Below, piece after piece: positions 39,651 to 53,469 of a stretch of 64,000 nucleotides of DNA. Position 1 is the stretch's first letter. Every line of letters starts with the position of its first letter. The position numbers and the translations under genes were made by a program. The notes under the pieces are model-generated. The model did not search any database. It worked only from the letters and a program-made list of their open reading frames with translations, and was not told the origin of the DNA. Source of the stretch: Octopus sinensis (taxonomy: Eukaryota); the NCBI RefSeq assembly GCF_006345805.1, contig NC_043022.1, positions 25,172,001-25,236,000 of the forward strand, given 5' to 3'.

Positions 39651-39689
<39 letters not shown>

Positions 39690-40124
39690 TATGAGGGAAG
39701 TGGCTTAGTCGATAGAGAAGCATAGCGGTATGTAAGAAGGGGCAGGTGATGATGATGATGGTTTATGGTGGTATGGTCATGGCTATGGTGGTGGTTGTGG
39801 TGGAATCATTTTCTAATATAGCTTTTCATCCATGCGTCAACTGTTCATTGCATAAAGCTTTTTATATATTATTGTGCACCCCCCTACTTTTCTTTCAACC
39901 GCCACTATGCATATCGCCCTGCCTCTCTTTCTCTCTCTTTTTCACTCCTACATTTATTTCTTTATATAACTGTTATTATTATTTTTATTTATTATTATTA
40001 GTATCATCATCATCATCATCATCATCAATATTATTATCATTGTCATCATCATCATCGCCATCATCATCATTACTATTTTTCTTATTATTCTTATTAATGA
40101 ATGCATATATATATCTGTGTGTGT

Positions 40125-40161
<37 letters not shown>

Positions 40162-40280
40162 ACTGGTTGTTCGAGTGTGTATGTAATACATACATATATA
40201 TATGTGTGTGTTTTTATGTAAATATATGTATTATATGTGTGTGTGTGTGTTACATATATATAGATATATATTTGTGTGTG

Positions 40281-40328
<48 letters not shown>

Positions 40329-40397
40329 ATATATATATACATATATATTAATACATATATATAATATACATATATATATATATACATATATATATAA

Positions 40398-40440
<43 letters not shown>

Positions 40441-40468
40441 CATATATTATATATATATTACATATACT

Positions 40469-40514
<46 letters not shown>

Positions 40515-41851
40515 GTGTGTGTGTGTTGTGTGTATGTATGTATGTGTATGTACTTATCTGTTTGTTTTGCTTTTTATTTATTTATTTATTTATTTACTGG
40601 TCGGGAAGAAGAGGTGGTGATGGCGGTGGCGGCAGTAGTAGTGGGAGGTAGTAAAAACGTGTGTGTGTATAATTGCTGCCAGGGTCTGCTATCAGCTGCG
40701 AAATCGGTTGGCAAGTCGGGTCTTTAAACCGTTAATGGAACCTACTTATGTTGTTGGAGACATCAAAGATGGGTGCAAATGCTACTGATAATGTGTTATG
40801 CCTTATCATCTCTGCCACCGCCTCTTGCACACATGCATGCATGCATGCGTGTACATGCGCATGTTCAAACGTTTACATGCATGTATGTGCATAGACACGC
40901 ACGCAAGCGTACACTGCCAATCATTCTCAGACTCACATATGCTCACATCACCTCTCTCATCACTCTGACATACATTCACTTACATGCATGTGTATGTGGT
41001 GTGTGTGTATATATGTGTGTGTGTGTGTGTGTGTGTATATGTATATATATCTATGTGTATTTATGTATACATATATATGTATTACGTGCATATATATATA
41101 TTTACTCATGTGTGCCTATAGACTCTTGCTTACATACACTTACACGTTATATATAATTGTGCACACATACACACACACACACACACACACGCACACATAC
41201 ATCCATGTATGAGTTCATATCTCATACTCCACGTGCTCGTACATATATAGATATGTACACATACACGTACGTATGTTCACACATACATACATACACATAT
41301 GTACATATACACACATATATACATACACATACATACATACACACATATATACATACATGCATACATATGTGCTCATACATACATTCACACATCAATATTA
41401 TATATGTATACATATGTATACATACATGCATAAATACGTACGTATGTACACTCATGTGCATACATACATACATACATACATACATACATACTACACAAAC
41501 ATACATACAAACATATATACATACAATGTGTACTCACACATACATATACACACAAACTGCATCTCACCACACACATATACTCATGTAAACACACATATGC
41601 ACACTCACACACACGCGCACACACATACACCACACACATTCACAAACACTCCCCTTGCCCCAATGGCTCACCCATGTATGGGAGCTTTGCTGGTGTTAGT
41701 GGTGGTGACTGTAGTGCGTATGGGTGGTAGTGTTTTGTAACAGGGTGCTCAGAATAGTAAAGGAGAGGTGGTAGTTTTAACTGAGGTGTTTCTGATGTGT
41801 TGGGAGTGTTACCTTAGGTGGTGGTTGCTGCTAGAAGTTGTGTGTGTGTGT

Positions 41852-41882
<31 letters not shown>

Positions 41883-42047
41883 TTATTCTTTGTAACTGCT
41901 GTGGTGGTTGTACTAGTGTTGATGGTAGTGTTAGCTGAAGTGGTGGTATAGTTGAAAGTAGTGGTGGTGGTGGTGGTGCAGAGATTTTTGATCTGTTGTT
42001 TTAAAGTTGTTTTTTTCTTTCATTCTCATCAACACCACCACCACCAC

Positions 42048-42215
42048 CACCTCCAATTGACCCCCATCTCTACGCCCCACCCTACCACAAAATCTTACTC
42101 TACCTAGACTTCTACCACCACCACCACCACCGCCTCCAATTGACCCCATCTCTATGCCCCACCCTACCACAAAATCTTACTCTACCTAGACTTCTACCAC
42201 CACCACCACCACCAC
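42048..42215. repeat. ~79-bp tandem duplication between (CCA)n runs
   Basis: cctccaattgacccc(c)atctcta.gccccaccctaccacaaaatcttactctacctagacttctacc occurs twice. Confidence 0.85.
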
Positions 42216-42974
42216 CACCATCACCACCACCACCACCACCACCGTCACCACCACCGTCACCACCACCGTCACTGTCACCACCATCACTATCACGCCCATT
42301 ATCCCTTTTGACATCACCAACACCACAACAAGCACTCCTCCCACCCCATGACCACTACTGTCACCACCCACTCACCCACCCATACCTCCTTCAACATTAC
42401 CTTGAATGCCACTACAAGTCCTCTGACACCACCGCCACCACCACCACCACCACCACCACCACCACCACCACCACCTCCATCCTTTCCTACCTTGACTTCT
42501 AACAGTCACCTAACAGTCAGCTAATAATACTGTTTGCTTATTTGTTTGCTGTTTTTGTTTCTTTCTTTCTTTCTTGTTGTTGTTGTTGTTGTTGTTCCTG
42601 GATGCTCTTTGTGATCATTAGTCTCTTCATTGCTGTTGTTATTGTTGTTGTTGTTCTTCTTTCCTCTGCTGTTCCTCTCTTGTGCTTGATCTTCTCAATG
42701 TTAAAGTTGTTGCTTTTGCTTTTGTTTTTTATTGTTGTTGCAGCTGTTCTTTAATACTGTTGCTGTGGGTTCCTGTTTGTAGTTAGTTGCAATTGTCAAT
42801 AGTTTTCTGTAGAACATATATATCATATGTATGTGTGTGTGTGTGTGTGTGTATTTTACACACACGTGCAATACATGCATACACAGGCTGTAGAATAGGG
42901 TAGTTAAATGCCATAACAAAGTGTAAAATAAATGATAAGTTCACAACACACCAACAATGCCTTATAGTGAAAAT

Positions 42975-43457
42975 TATTGGGGTTGTGAATAATTATTGCG
43001 GCTTTTTTTTCAACAAATTTTATTAAAAAAAAACAATAACAGTATTTAAAGAAAACATCTTTAAATGATGGTCTGACCATCTGCCAAGCAAATGGGAAGC
43101 AGTAATTGAAGTAGATGGTGAATATGCTCCGGAATAATCATTTAACCCTTAGTGTTCCGATTATTCTATCAAACATAATGCCTATTGATTCACATTGGTT
43201 TGAATTAATCATGCATTATCTCATATCTTCAAGATCTTGATGGTGTAATTACCTAATGTAGAATAACATTGTAGGGTAGGTGTGAGAGCCTGAATCTGGT
43301 CAGTTTGAACATAAAACAGATTAAATATTTTGGCCGGATATGGCCGGTTTAAATACTAAAGGGTTAAAGATGTTTTTGTTACATGTTGCTATTGTTTTTG
43401 TTGAATAAAATTTGTTGGAAAAAAAAAAAGCCGCAATAATTATGCACCTGCCTAATA
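42975..43457 (+). mobile_element. Internally deleted mariner element (TA-flanked, long TIRs, transposase C-terminus remnant)
   Basis: Left end TATTGGGGTTGTGAATAATTATTGCGGCTTTT..CAACAAATTTTATT vs right end (reverse complement) TATTAGGCAGGTGCATAATTATTGCGGCTTTT..CAACAAATTTTATT. 43075-43137 encodes DHLPSKWEAVIEVDGEYAPE*, like mariner LPxRWxxVIExDGxY. Confidence 0.88.
43146..43363. mobile_element. piggyBac-like MITE nested in the mariner element
   Basis: TTAA|CCCTTAG ... CTAAAGGG|TTAA. A second copy lies in opposite orientation at 54524-54744. Confidence 0.85.
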
Positions 43458-43689
43458 ATTAACCCAAAACATGAACTTGAGTCCCAGAGTGAAAAACACC
43501 ACTACCAGAAAAGAATATTGCAATGAATTGATACAAGCAACAAGTTTGCTTTTAAGCCATGAGCTGTATACTGTTGGATGAGTTGGGAGGTGGTGGTGGT
43601 GGTTTTTGGGTGGGGGTAAATATCAAAGAAAAAATAGCCCCTTATTAGGAAAATCTAAAATCATTCTAGTCTTAAATTTGAACTGAAAG

Positions 43690-43907
43690 AATGCACCTGT
43701 GCTGGTGACACATAAATGGGACCTGTGCCAGTGACACATAAAGGTCACCCACTACAATCTTGGAGTGGTTGGCATTAGGAAGAACATCCGGCTGTAGAAA
43801 CTAAGCCAAACCAGACTGGAGCCTGGTACAGCTCCCTGGCTTACCAGTTGCAGTTAAACTGCCTAACCTATGCCGGTATGGAAAATGGACACTAAATGAT
43901 GATGATG
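43690..43907 (+). mobile_element. Retroposon family D (old, CpG-decayed copy)
   Basis: gagtggttggcattaggaagaacatccggctgtagaaac...atggaaaatggacactaaatgatgatg. Confidence 0.7.
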
Positions 43908-44092
43908 ATTTTTGTAAGAGGACTGGCCACAATAAATCAGAACTGTTGTACCAAAATCAACACAAGAACCTATGTGATTGACACTGAAATTTTTGCCAAT
44001 ATTGTGAGAAAGCTACATAATGGGAAATTCCCAGAAAGAGACGTCATAGTTGGCTACTGGTACAAGGTGTTCATTGTTTAGTAAGCCAGTTA

Positions 44093-44498
44093 TCATCATC
44101 ATCATCATCGTTTAACGTCCGTTTTTCGTGCTAGCATGGGTTGGACAGTTCGACCGGGGTCTGGGAAGCCAGGAGGCTGCACCAGGCTCCAATCTGATCT
44201 GGCAGTGTTTCTACAGCTGGATGCCCTTCCTAACGCCAACCACTCCATGAGTGTAGTGGGTGCTTTATACGTGCCACCGGCACAGGTGCCAGGGGGCTGG
44301 CAGAGGCCACGATCGGTTGGTGCTTTTTACGTGCCACCGGCACAGGTGCCAGGGGAGGCTGGCAGTAGCCACGATCGGTTGGTGCTTTTTACGTGCCACC
44401 GGTACAGGTGCCAGGGGAGGCCACCGGCACAGAAGCCAGTCAAGGTGGCACTGGCATCGGCCACGTTCGGATGGTGCTTTTTACGTGCCACCGGCACA
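44093..44498 (-). mobile_element. Retroposon family D with internal ~60-bp tandem repeats and (TGA)n tail
   Basis: Plus strand: (cat)n cgtttaacgtccgtttt..gctagcatgggttggac..ctggatgcccttcctaacgccaaccactcc, followed by repeated ggtgctttttacgtgccaccggcac. Confidence 0.85.
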
Positions 44499-45114
44499 GA
44501 GATGTTTAAAATATATGGAAGGTTAAGTAGACATACAGAAGTGGTGGCCTGCCATAGCATGATCAAACCTTGTGTTCATGAAGGAAAACAATGTTTTGGC
44601 TGAGAATTATAAGCTCAAAGCTTGCATTAACATCATGGACCAGTTGTCTGCAAGCTACCTGAACCAATTCCTCCCAGGTCATTGTGAATCTTAATGGTTT
44701 AGTCATTGATAACTAACAAGTGGAAAGAATGAAATGTAGAGAATGCACCGAACAACTTTTGGTAAAGCTGTGCTGCGTGAAGTAGGAAAACACTTAAAGC
44801 TTAACGATTACTGAAAGGAATTCAGTTGCATCTTTGTTCATGGCTATCAAAAACATTACAGCTGACAAAAGTACCTGCTTCTTTGCTTAGCGCCATTGAA
44901 AGACCCAATAAGACCTCATCCATACTCTCACACTTGTAACTAAAAGTGGAAGAATTATCTTTGGTATAAATATTTCATCAAGAATATTCCAAGGTAACAG
45001 GTTGCCTGTGCTTTTGTTATTGTCAACAGTGGTACTTACCCATAAATTCACAGTCATTTCTTTTATGAAAATCATTTGGCTATGTCCTAGGGTCTACAAC
45101 AACAAATCATACTA

Positions 45115-45332
45115 ATCATCATCATCATCGTTTAACGTCCGCTTTCCATGCTAGCATGGGTTGGACGGTTCAACTGGGGTCTGGGAAGCGAGGAGGCTGT
45201 ACCAGGCCCAGTCTGATCTGGCAGTGTTTCCTAAAGCCAACCACTCTGTGAGTGTAGTGGGTGCTTTTTACGTGCCACCAGTACAGGTGTCAGATGAGGC
45301 TGGCAACGGCCATGATCGGTTGGTGCTTTTTT
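45115..45332 (-). mobile_element. Retroposon family D, truncated
   Basis: Same 3' end as 44093, with an internal deletion. Confidence 0.8.
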
Positions 45333-46042
45333 CACAAATGCGCAGGAGGAGTGGTGTCATCTTCCACCCAAAAGATTTTGCCCATGTGGCATTAGTTTTG
45401 GATATGTTTCGAATGCACACAGATATGCACATGGCCACCGTTGTACTTTGGACAAGAATGTTTCATGTACTTACATAATTTTGCATCCTAATTTCCAATC
45501 TTCCTCATGCTTACTTTCCCATTCAATCATCCTGGGTGGGAAAATAAAGGACCTGTCAAATACTAAGATTGCTAGAATGAATTACCCAACTTGATTCCTC
45601 TCAAATTTCAGGTGGTGGCACCACCATCATCATCATCATCGATTCCTCCTCCTCCTCCTCATCATCATCATCATCATCATCACAGCAGCAGCACCATCAT
45701 CATCATCCTGCTCCTCCTCCTCCCCACCTCCTCTTCCTCCTCCACCTCATCATCATCATCATCGCCGCCACCACCACCACCGACATTGTCGTCATCGTCA
45801 TCATCATCATCATCATCATCATTACCATTCATCACCATCATCGTCATCATCATCTTTTAAAATATTTTTGCTTCTGCTTTATCCCAATGCATCATCTTTT
45901 TTTTATTATTATAATGAATGTTTTCATCATCATTGCAACCACCACCACCACCACCACCACCACCACCACCATCACCATTATCATCGTCATTATCATCAGA
46001 AGCTAGTTTAACGTACGTTATTCATATGTGATAATAACGATG

Positions 46043-46093
<51 letters not shown>

Positions 46094-46110
46094 TAATAAT
46101 AATAATAATA

Positions 46111-46143
<33 letters not shown>

Positions 46144-46186
46144 TAATAAATAATAATAATAAATAATAATAATAATAATAATAATA

Positions 46187-46220
<34 letters not shown>

Positions 46221-46240
46221 TAATAATAAATAATAATATA

Positions 46241-46279
<39 letters not shown>

Positions 46280-46284
46280 TAATA

Positions 46285-46317
<33 letters not shown>

Positions 46318-46531
46318 TAATAATAATTATCATTTTTCATACGATACCGTTGATGTGTAGCTATTCATTCTCAGTTTTAAAAAGTAATAATGGATTATAT
46401 TTACTTCGGGAACCCTTCAGAAATTTTTGACTCAGAACTGTACGCATGTGTGTTTTGTGGGCTTGTACATGTGCAGGTATTCAGCTGTGTATGTACGCAT
46501 ATGTGTGCATGTGTATATATATAAATATATA

Positions 46532-46564
<33 letters not shown>

Positions 46565-46636
46565 CACGCATACATATATATATATGCATAGATATATAGT
46601 GCATATATATATATATATATACCACACACATGTATA

Positions 46637-46677
<41 letters not shown>

Positions 46678-46690
46678 GATATATGTGCAT

Positions 46691-46750
<60 letters not shown>

Positions 46751-46782
46751 GCATATATACGTTAACGATGATGATATTTATA

Positions 46783-46851
<69 letters not shown>

Positions 46852-46856
46852 CTGTA

Positions 46857-46890
<34 letters not shown>

Positions 46891-48519
46891 TTATATATTA
46901 TATATATATATTATATATATATATATCTGTATGCATATATATATATATATATATGCATATATATTTGTATGCATATATATATATATATATAATATATATA
47001 TACATATATATATATGCAGATACATATGTGTATGCATGTATACACACCCACACACACCACACACATACACACGCACATATTTTATAATATATTTACATAT
47101 ATTACACAATTACACGCGCACACAAACACACGCGAGTATCTGAAGATTGGCTGGTTTGAAGAGCTTCTGAGTATGTTTCCCATTCATTCCTTGTAATTTC
47201 AAACCAGTTTCATCTCTTTGATTGAGACCAGGTCTGTGATCAAGTGGTAATGGTTGGGATGGCCATGGCAGGGTTGGGGGAGGGGGGACGAAATGGGCGG
47301 GCTGTGTTGGTGCCGGTGCCGGCGTCGCTGGTGGCGGTGGTGGCAGTGCCGAGGGTGTAGCCTCTGCTGCTGTTGCTGTTGCTGTTGCTGTCGTTGTTGT
47401 TGTTGTTATTGTTGTTGCGTCTGATGTTTGTTGGCACTTTTCATTGTCGCTGTTTCCGATGATGGTGGCGGCGGAGGTGATGGTGACGGTGGTGGTGGTG
47501 GTGGTGGTGGTGATGGTAATGAAATAATCTTAACATTATCAATTTGAAGGCTGGTTTTATTTGGTGTGTGTGTGTGTGTGTGTGTGTGTGCATATGTACA
47601 TATGTATGAATAAAATTGTATGTGTTCATGTATACAATTTTCTGTGTGTGTATACATGTACATGTGTGTTTTGCACATGTACACACACACATATTTCTAT
47701 ATACAAGCACGCACACACACATCTTTATATAGACACACACATACACATCTTTATATAAAAATGCACGCACACATTTAGTGCGCATATATGCACACACATG
47801 TGTACGTAAACACACACATAACAGACATAAAGATGATATACATGCACACACGCATGCATTTGTGCGTACACACCCACGCATACATGTACATACCTGGACA
47901 CACTGACACACACATACAGACACTCATGCACCCCTCCCTAAAAAGAAACAAACAAACAATGCTCAGAGCCCCTGAAAACTCATAATGTGATACCGGCACA
48001 CCAAAAAGAATGATGGAACGAGGGATTGATGTACATTTAATCAGGTTTATGGTGTTGGAGATGAAACTAAATAAAAAAATATATACCAAAAAATCTGCAC
48101 TGGCACAATACACACACACACACACACACACACACTTGTATCATAACCAAAAAAATATTAAAAAAGTACAGTTTATTTTTTATTCATGTATTTCATTTTT
48201 ATTTGTTTAGTTGCGCTTTTTTTTTTTGAGTTTTAGTTTTTGTTTTGTTATTCATGTTGTTGTTTTGTTCCACACCAAATCAAAAATAGATATTTTGTGC
48301 TAATGTTTGTGCTGGGGGTGTATTAAAGTGCAGGTAGATGCAATATGGCATGGGGCTTGGTTCAGATATATATACTTGGTGGGTGGGGAACCCGTGAGCA
48401 TATATATATATATATATATATATGTTCATATATGTATATATTTATGTGCGTATGTATTTATTCATTTATGTATGTACGTATGTATATAATATTTTTCATC
48501 AGCAGAAAGAAGTATATAA

Positions 48520-48910
48520 GTGTGGCTGTGTGGTAAGAAGCTTGTTTCCCAACCATGTGGTTCAAAGTTCAATCCCACTACAAGGTACCTTGGATGAGTG
48601 TCTTCTACTATAGTTGTGGGTCAACCAAAATCTTGAGAATAGATATGGTAGATGGAAACTGGAAGAAGCTTGACACACACACACACATACGTGTGTGCGT
48701 ATGTCTGTGTGTGTTGGTGTTTGTGTTTGTCTCCACCACCACTTGACGACTGGTGTTGGTGCATTTATGTCTCCATAATTTAGTGCTTCAGCAAAGGAAA
48801 ATGATAGAATAAGTACCAGGTTTAAAAAATTTAAGTACTGGGGTCGATCTTCTAGATGGTGCCCCAGCATGGCCACAGTCTAATGACTGAAACAGGTAAA
48901 ACGTAAAAGA
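48520..48910 (+). mobile_element. SINE family A (CpG-decayed)
   Basis: Colinear with 28906-29356. Confidence 0.8.
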
Positions 48911-49227
48911 TTCTCATGTCTTGAGTTCTAATTTCCCTGTTCCAATCAATCTCTCTCTCACACGCACACACATATATATATGTATAGTTCTATACATGCA
49001 TATATGTGTGTTAGTATATATATATATATATACACATATATGCACACAAACAGCATGCAAACAGATGTTAAATGATGATGATGAAGTATATATATAGATG
49101 CTTGTGTGTATGTATGTACATATGAAAGAGACTGACTCCATATATATATATATATATAATATATATATATATTATATATATATATATATATGTATGTAGT
49201 ATATAATATGTATGTATATGTAGTATG

Positions 49228-49264
<37 letters not shown>

Positions 49265-49265
49265 G

Positions 49266-49296
<31 letters not shown>

Positions 49297-49313
49297 GTGT
49301 ATATATATGTATG

Positions 49314-49368
<55 letters not shown>

Positions 49369-49379
49369 ATGTATGTGAT

Positions 49380-49410
<31 letters not shown>

Positions 49411-49555
49411 TTACACACACACACATATACATGTAAACAAATTAAATATAGAAGTACAGTTGACAATCTAACAATTTATTTATATTATAATGTAATATAA
49501 TATATTGTATATATAATATAACATAAAAAATGATATACATATATACATACATATA

Positions 49556-49598
<43 letters not shown>

Positions 49599-50399
49599 CA
49601 CACCATAGACATATACACCCATATAATATATATATCTATCTCATATATATATATAATAATTATATATATATATATGTATTTATGTATGTAGATAGATATA
49701 TTAATGTACAGGTATGTGCTTGCATATACAGGTGTGTGCATGCATATTGCCAGTATACCAAAAGTAGCCTTCTGTGTGGAGAGACAGCATTGCAGTCTGG
49801 TTCAGTTTCTCTTCTCTTCTTCCTCAACACTGTAACTGCTGCTACCCACTACTACAGTTGCTACTGCCACTCCCACCAGTTTAGACAAACATTTCTGTTA
49901 TCTATTGTTAAGGGATCTTTAGGTGCAGTTTACAAGTTTTCTTTCTTCAATTAAAAAGTTTTTTTTTTTTTTTTTTCAAGAATTTCTTTTCTAGAATGAG
50001 TCTGCTGAATAGTACTTTGTCATCAAACTCCCTTCTTTGGTGATTCTTTTTACCAAAATATTTCTCTGTTTCTACTATAATAAAAACATTGTGAGCCCAT
50101 ATTTTGAATATCTCAAATCAATCCCAAAATAACTGTAAAAGTTTCTTGAGTTCTTGCTAATACTGATAGAATATAAATTCTTTTAAGTTTTCTTTAGTTA
50201 GAAAAGTGGTTCTCAACCATTTTTCATCTATGGACCCCTTTGTTTTCTATTTTATTCTGGTGGATACCCATAGCCATTCCATGTTTAAAAACCAATTTCA
50301 TTGATACTCCTGTCAAAATTCTTTTGTTATTCACTCATTCACTTGCAATACATACATTTAAATTGAAACATTTCATGGACTCTTAAAATACTATTGCAG

Positions 50400-50684
50400 T
50401 TGAGTAAGAGACTAACAAAACTCCTTGTAACACCAAAGATGAACTGAAGGCAAGGATTAAGGCAGCATTAAACAAGGAAACCATCCAGAAGAGTTGCAGG
50501 AGATTCCAAAGTCATCTGGAGGCTGTGGTTGAAGCCAATGGCAATTTTATTGAATAAATTTTCCTCTTTAGTATTTCAAGATATTTTTATGCAGTTTTGG
50601 TTAATATATCTGTTAAAATGAGATGCCAGTGTTATTTTCATTTCTGCATAATTTAGATGACAGTTTATTCACCACACCCTATAT
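50400..50684 (+). mobile_element. Tc1/mariner-superfamily (maT-like) transposase C-terminus and right end
   Basis: 50408-50557 encodes ETNKTPCNTKDELKARIKAALNKETIQKSCRRFQSHLEAVVEANGNFIE* (C..FxxRLEAVVEAxG.IE motif). Ends ...cacaccctATATA. Confidence 0.8.
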
Positions 50685-50702
50685 ATATATATATGTGTGT
50701 CT

Positions 50703-51080
50703 AGGTGCAGGTGTGGCTGTGTGGTGAGGAGGTTGCTTCCCAACCACCTGGTTCTTGGTTCAATCTCACATGGCATCTTAGGCAAGTGTATTCTACTGTA
50801 GCCTCGGGCTGACCAAAGCCTTGTAAGTGGATTTGGTAGATGGAAACTGAAAGAAGCCTATTGTGTATGTGTCTTTGTGTTTGTCCCCTCACCATTGCTT
50901 GTCAACCAATGTTGGTTGCTTACATCCCTGTAACTTAGTGGTTCAGCAAAAGAGACTGCTAGAGTAAGTACTTGGCTTACAAAGAATAAATCCTGGGGTC
51001 GATTTCTTCGACTAAAAAAAAAAGCCTCTAAGGCAATGCTCTAGCATGACCACAGTCAAACGACTGAAACAAGTAAAAGA
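50703..51080 (+). mobile_element. SINE family A (CpG-decayed)
   Basis: Colinear with 28906-29356. Confidence 0.85.
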
Positions 51081-51091
51081 ATATATATATA

Positions 51092-51494
51092 GATCCTGGA
51101 AGGAATTGTGCCAAATTTTGGCATTGTAAGCTACACCAATGCTAGAACGGGACGACACTGCATAGTGCCAAAGATCCCAGCAATGCCATCACGCTTCAGG
51201 ACCAGCTTCTGCAACAGCCTGGGTTTCAAGGGCCCACAGCTTTTTAATATTCTCCCAAAGAGTCTGAGGAACTTGCACAAAGTAGATGTAGGTGCTTTTA
51301 AATCAAAGCTGGACATCTTCCTGTCAAGAATCCCAGATGAACCTACCTCACGGCAAGAGGTGCAAATGAGAGTAGCTGTATCAAACTCCATTCTTCACCA
51401 AGTGCCACATATTAGATGAGGTTCGTCGTAAAAACAGTGTAGCACAAAACGGCGGTGCATCAGCCTGGCTCAGCTCTGAGCTGAAACTAGAAAA

Positions 51495-51502
<8 letters not shown>
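51092..51502 (+). mobile_element. 5'-truncated LINE (CR1/L2-group-like ORF2 C-terminus, 3' UTR, A tail) between (TA)n
   Basis: ILEGIVPNFGI...NSLGFKGPQLFNILPKSLRN...FKSKLDIFLSRIPDEP...SNSILHQ* (FNxLP..FKxxLD), then a short UTR, a stem-loop and an A-run. Confidence 0.85.
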
Positions 51503-51526
<24 letters not shown>

Positions 51527-52543
51527 CCACAGCAAATGAAAGTACTCAATGTTGTTAGGCAGAGTGGAATAACATTTGTTAGATAAGGAAATCATAAGAA
51601 TTAAGCAAACACCAGTTAGTAACAGATACTTGAACATTAAAACCTAAATGTATAAGGAAGGTGGAAGGTTAGGGAGAGAAGGGGGGAAGAAGAGAGAGAG
51701 AGAGAGAGAGGAAGGCTTTTAGCACTTTTGAATCTGTATTCCATTTTGGCTCTAGCTTACCATCTTCATCCTTACTATCATTGCCATTACCATCATTAGT
51801 CTCCCCATCATTATCACCATTGCTATATCAATGTCGGTTGTAGCTGTTGTGTTTGGACATAGTTTCCTTTTGTTTCTCTGTTGATTTATCCATTCATATT
51901 CTTATTATTCTGCTTTTTCCTTTTTTTTTTTTTCCGCTCCTGCATCTATTCATTCCGTTCTTATCAAACCTCACTCCTCAAAACCACTGTTTCACACTGT
52001 TGGGTTGTTGTTTTTTTCCCACCCCTCCCCTCCCCTCCAACACTCCTTTTCACAAATGACTCTTTTTAAACAAAACAAAAGCAAGATTATCCTCCTCCTC
52101 CTCCTCCTACTACTACTACTACTGAGACAATCACCAACACCACCACCACTTCCCCTTTTCCCAGTTCTCCACCTCCTCCCCATTCTTCTTCTTCTGTCTT
52201 CTCCTTCTTCTTCTTCTTCTTCTGTCTTCTTCTTCTTCTGTCTTCTTCTTCTGTCTTCTTCTTCTTCTGTCTTCTTCTTCTCCTTCATCTTCTTCTTCGC
52301 CTTCATCTTCTTCCTCATCTTCTTTTCTTTCTGTCCAACTAACGCTGCTGCTATGTCTGCAGCTCTTGCCATTTCTGCTTGTGACCCTACCCTTTGTAAA
52401 TATACTTGACCCTCTCTCCACTCTCCCCACCTTTTTCTTCTTCCTCCCCTCCTTCCTCTCTATTTCAAACCTCAGCTGCTGCCTTCCTCTCATTGGCGTT
52501 GTTGCTGGTTTCCTTAATTATATTCTGTCTTCTTGAAGAGAAG

Positions 52544-52574
<31 letters not shown>

Positions 52575-53469
52575 GGATAGGTGGGGTGGGGGGGAGAAGA
52601 ATCTCCTTTTTGGAAGGAGTGGGGGAGGTGGTGGTCGTGGATGGTGGGTGGGGGGAATGGAAAGCATCTCCAAAAACTTATCGCTGCGAAAAACATGTAT
52701 CGCGATGCGATTTACCATTATTTGGCACTCTTGCAGAATATAGCGTTGTCTTGAGACATTCTTTTGCCTTTCCCTTTGTCTCTCTTTTGTCTCATGTTGT
52801 TCTCTTTGTGTGTTGTCTTAGCTTTTCAGGAGATGAAGAAGGGTGTTTGTGTTTGTGTGTGTGTGGGACACACAGACACACACATTTTTCAAGCTGGGGA
52901 TTATCATTGTTGTAGTAGCTTTTTGTTGGTTGTTAGACAGCCGTCAGTCAGCTTGATTTCTTTTTTTTTTTTTTGTGGTTGTATAGGTTCTCATGGTAGT
53001 GAAAGTGATATTGGTGGTGGTGATTGTGATGGCTGTGTTGATTATGATGCTGGTGATGATGATAATGACGTCTTTGTTGGTGGCCTCACCACAATGACAA
53101 GGACGACCACCTCCACCACCATCACCATCATCATCACATTAGTGACAGACAGGATGGTGATGCTAGTAAGAATGACAGCAATGATGATGATTATGCGCTG
53201 GTGATTTTGGTAATGGTGATGATGATGATGATGGTTATGATTTGCATGTGCATCTCTATTATCTCTCTCTTCCTATTTGAATTTTGTTTCTAGATATCTC
53301 AACCTCTCAATTTATCATATATATATATCCTGGGGTCAATGTAACCAATTTTCTCCCTCCCACTAAATTGCTGGCCCTGTGCCAAAATTAGAAACTAATA
53401 TATTTCACAAGCCAAATCATTGTGGCACTATGTGACAGGGCTGGACTTTTAAACAATATATATCGTAAG

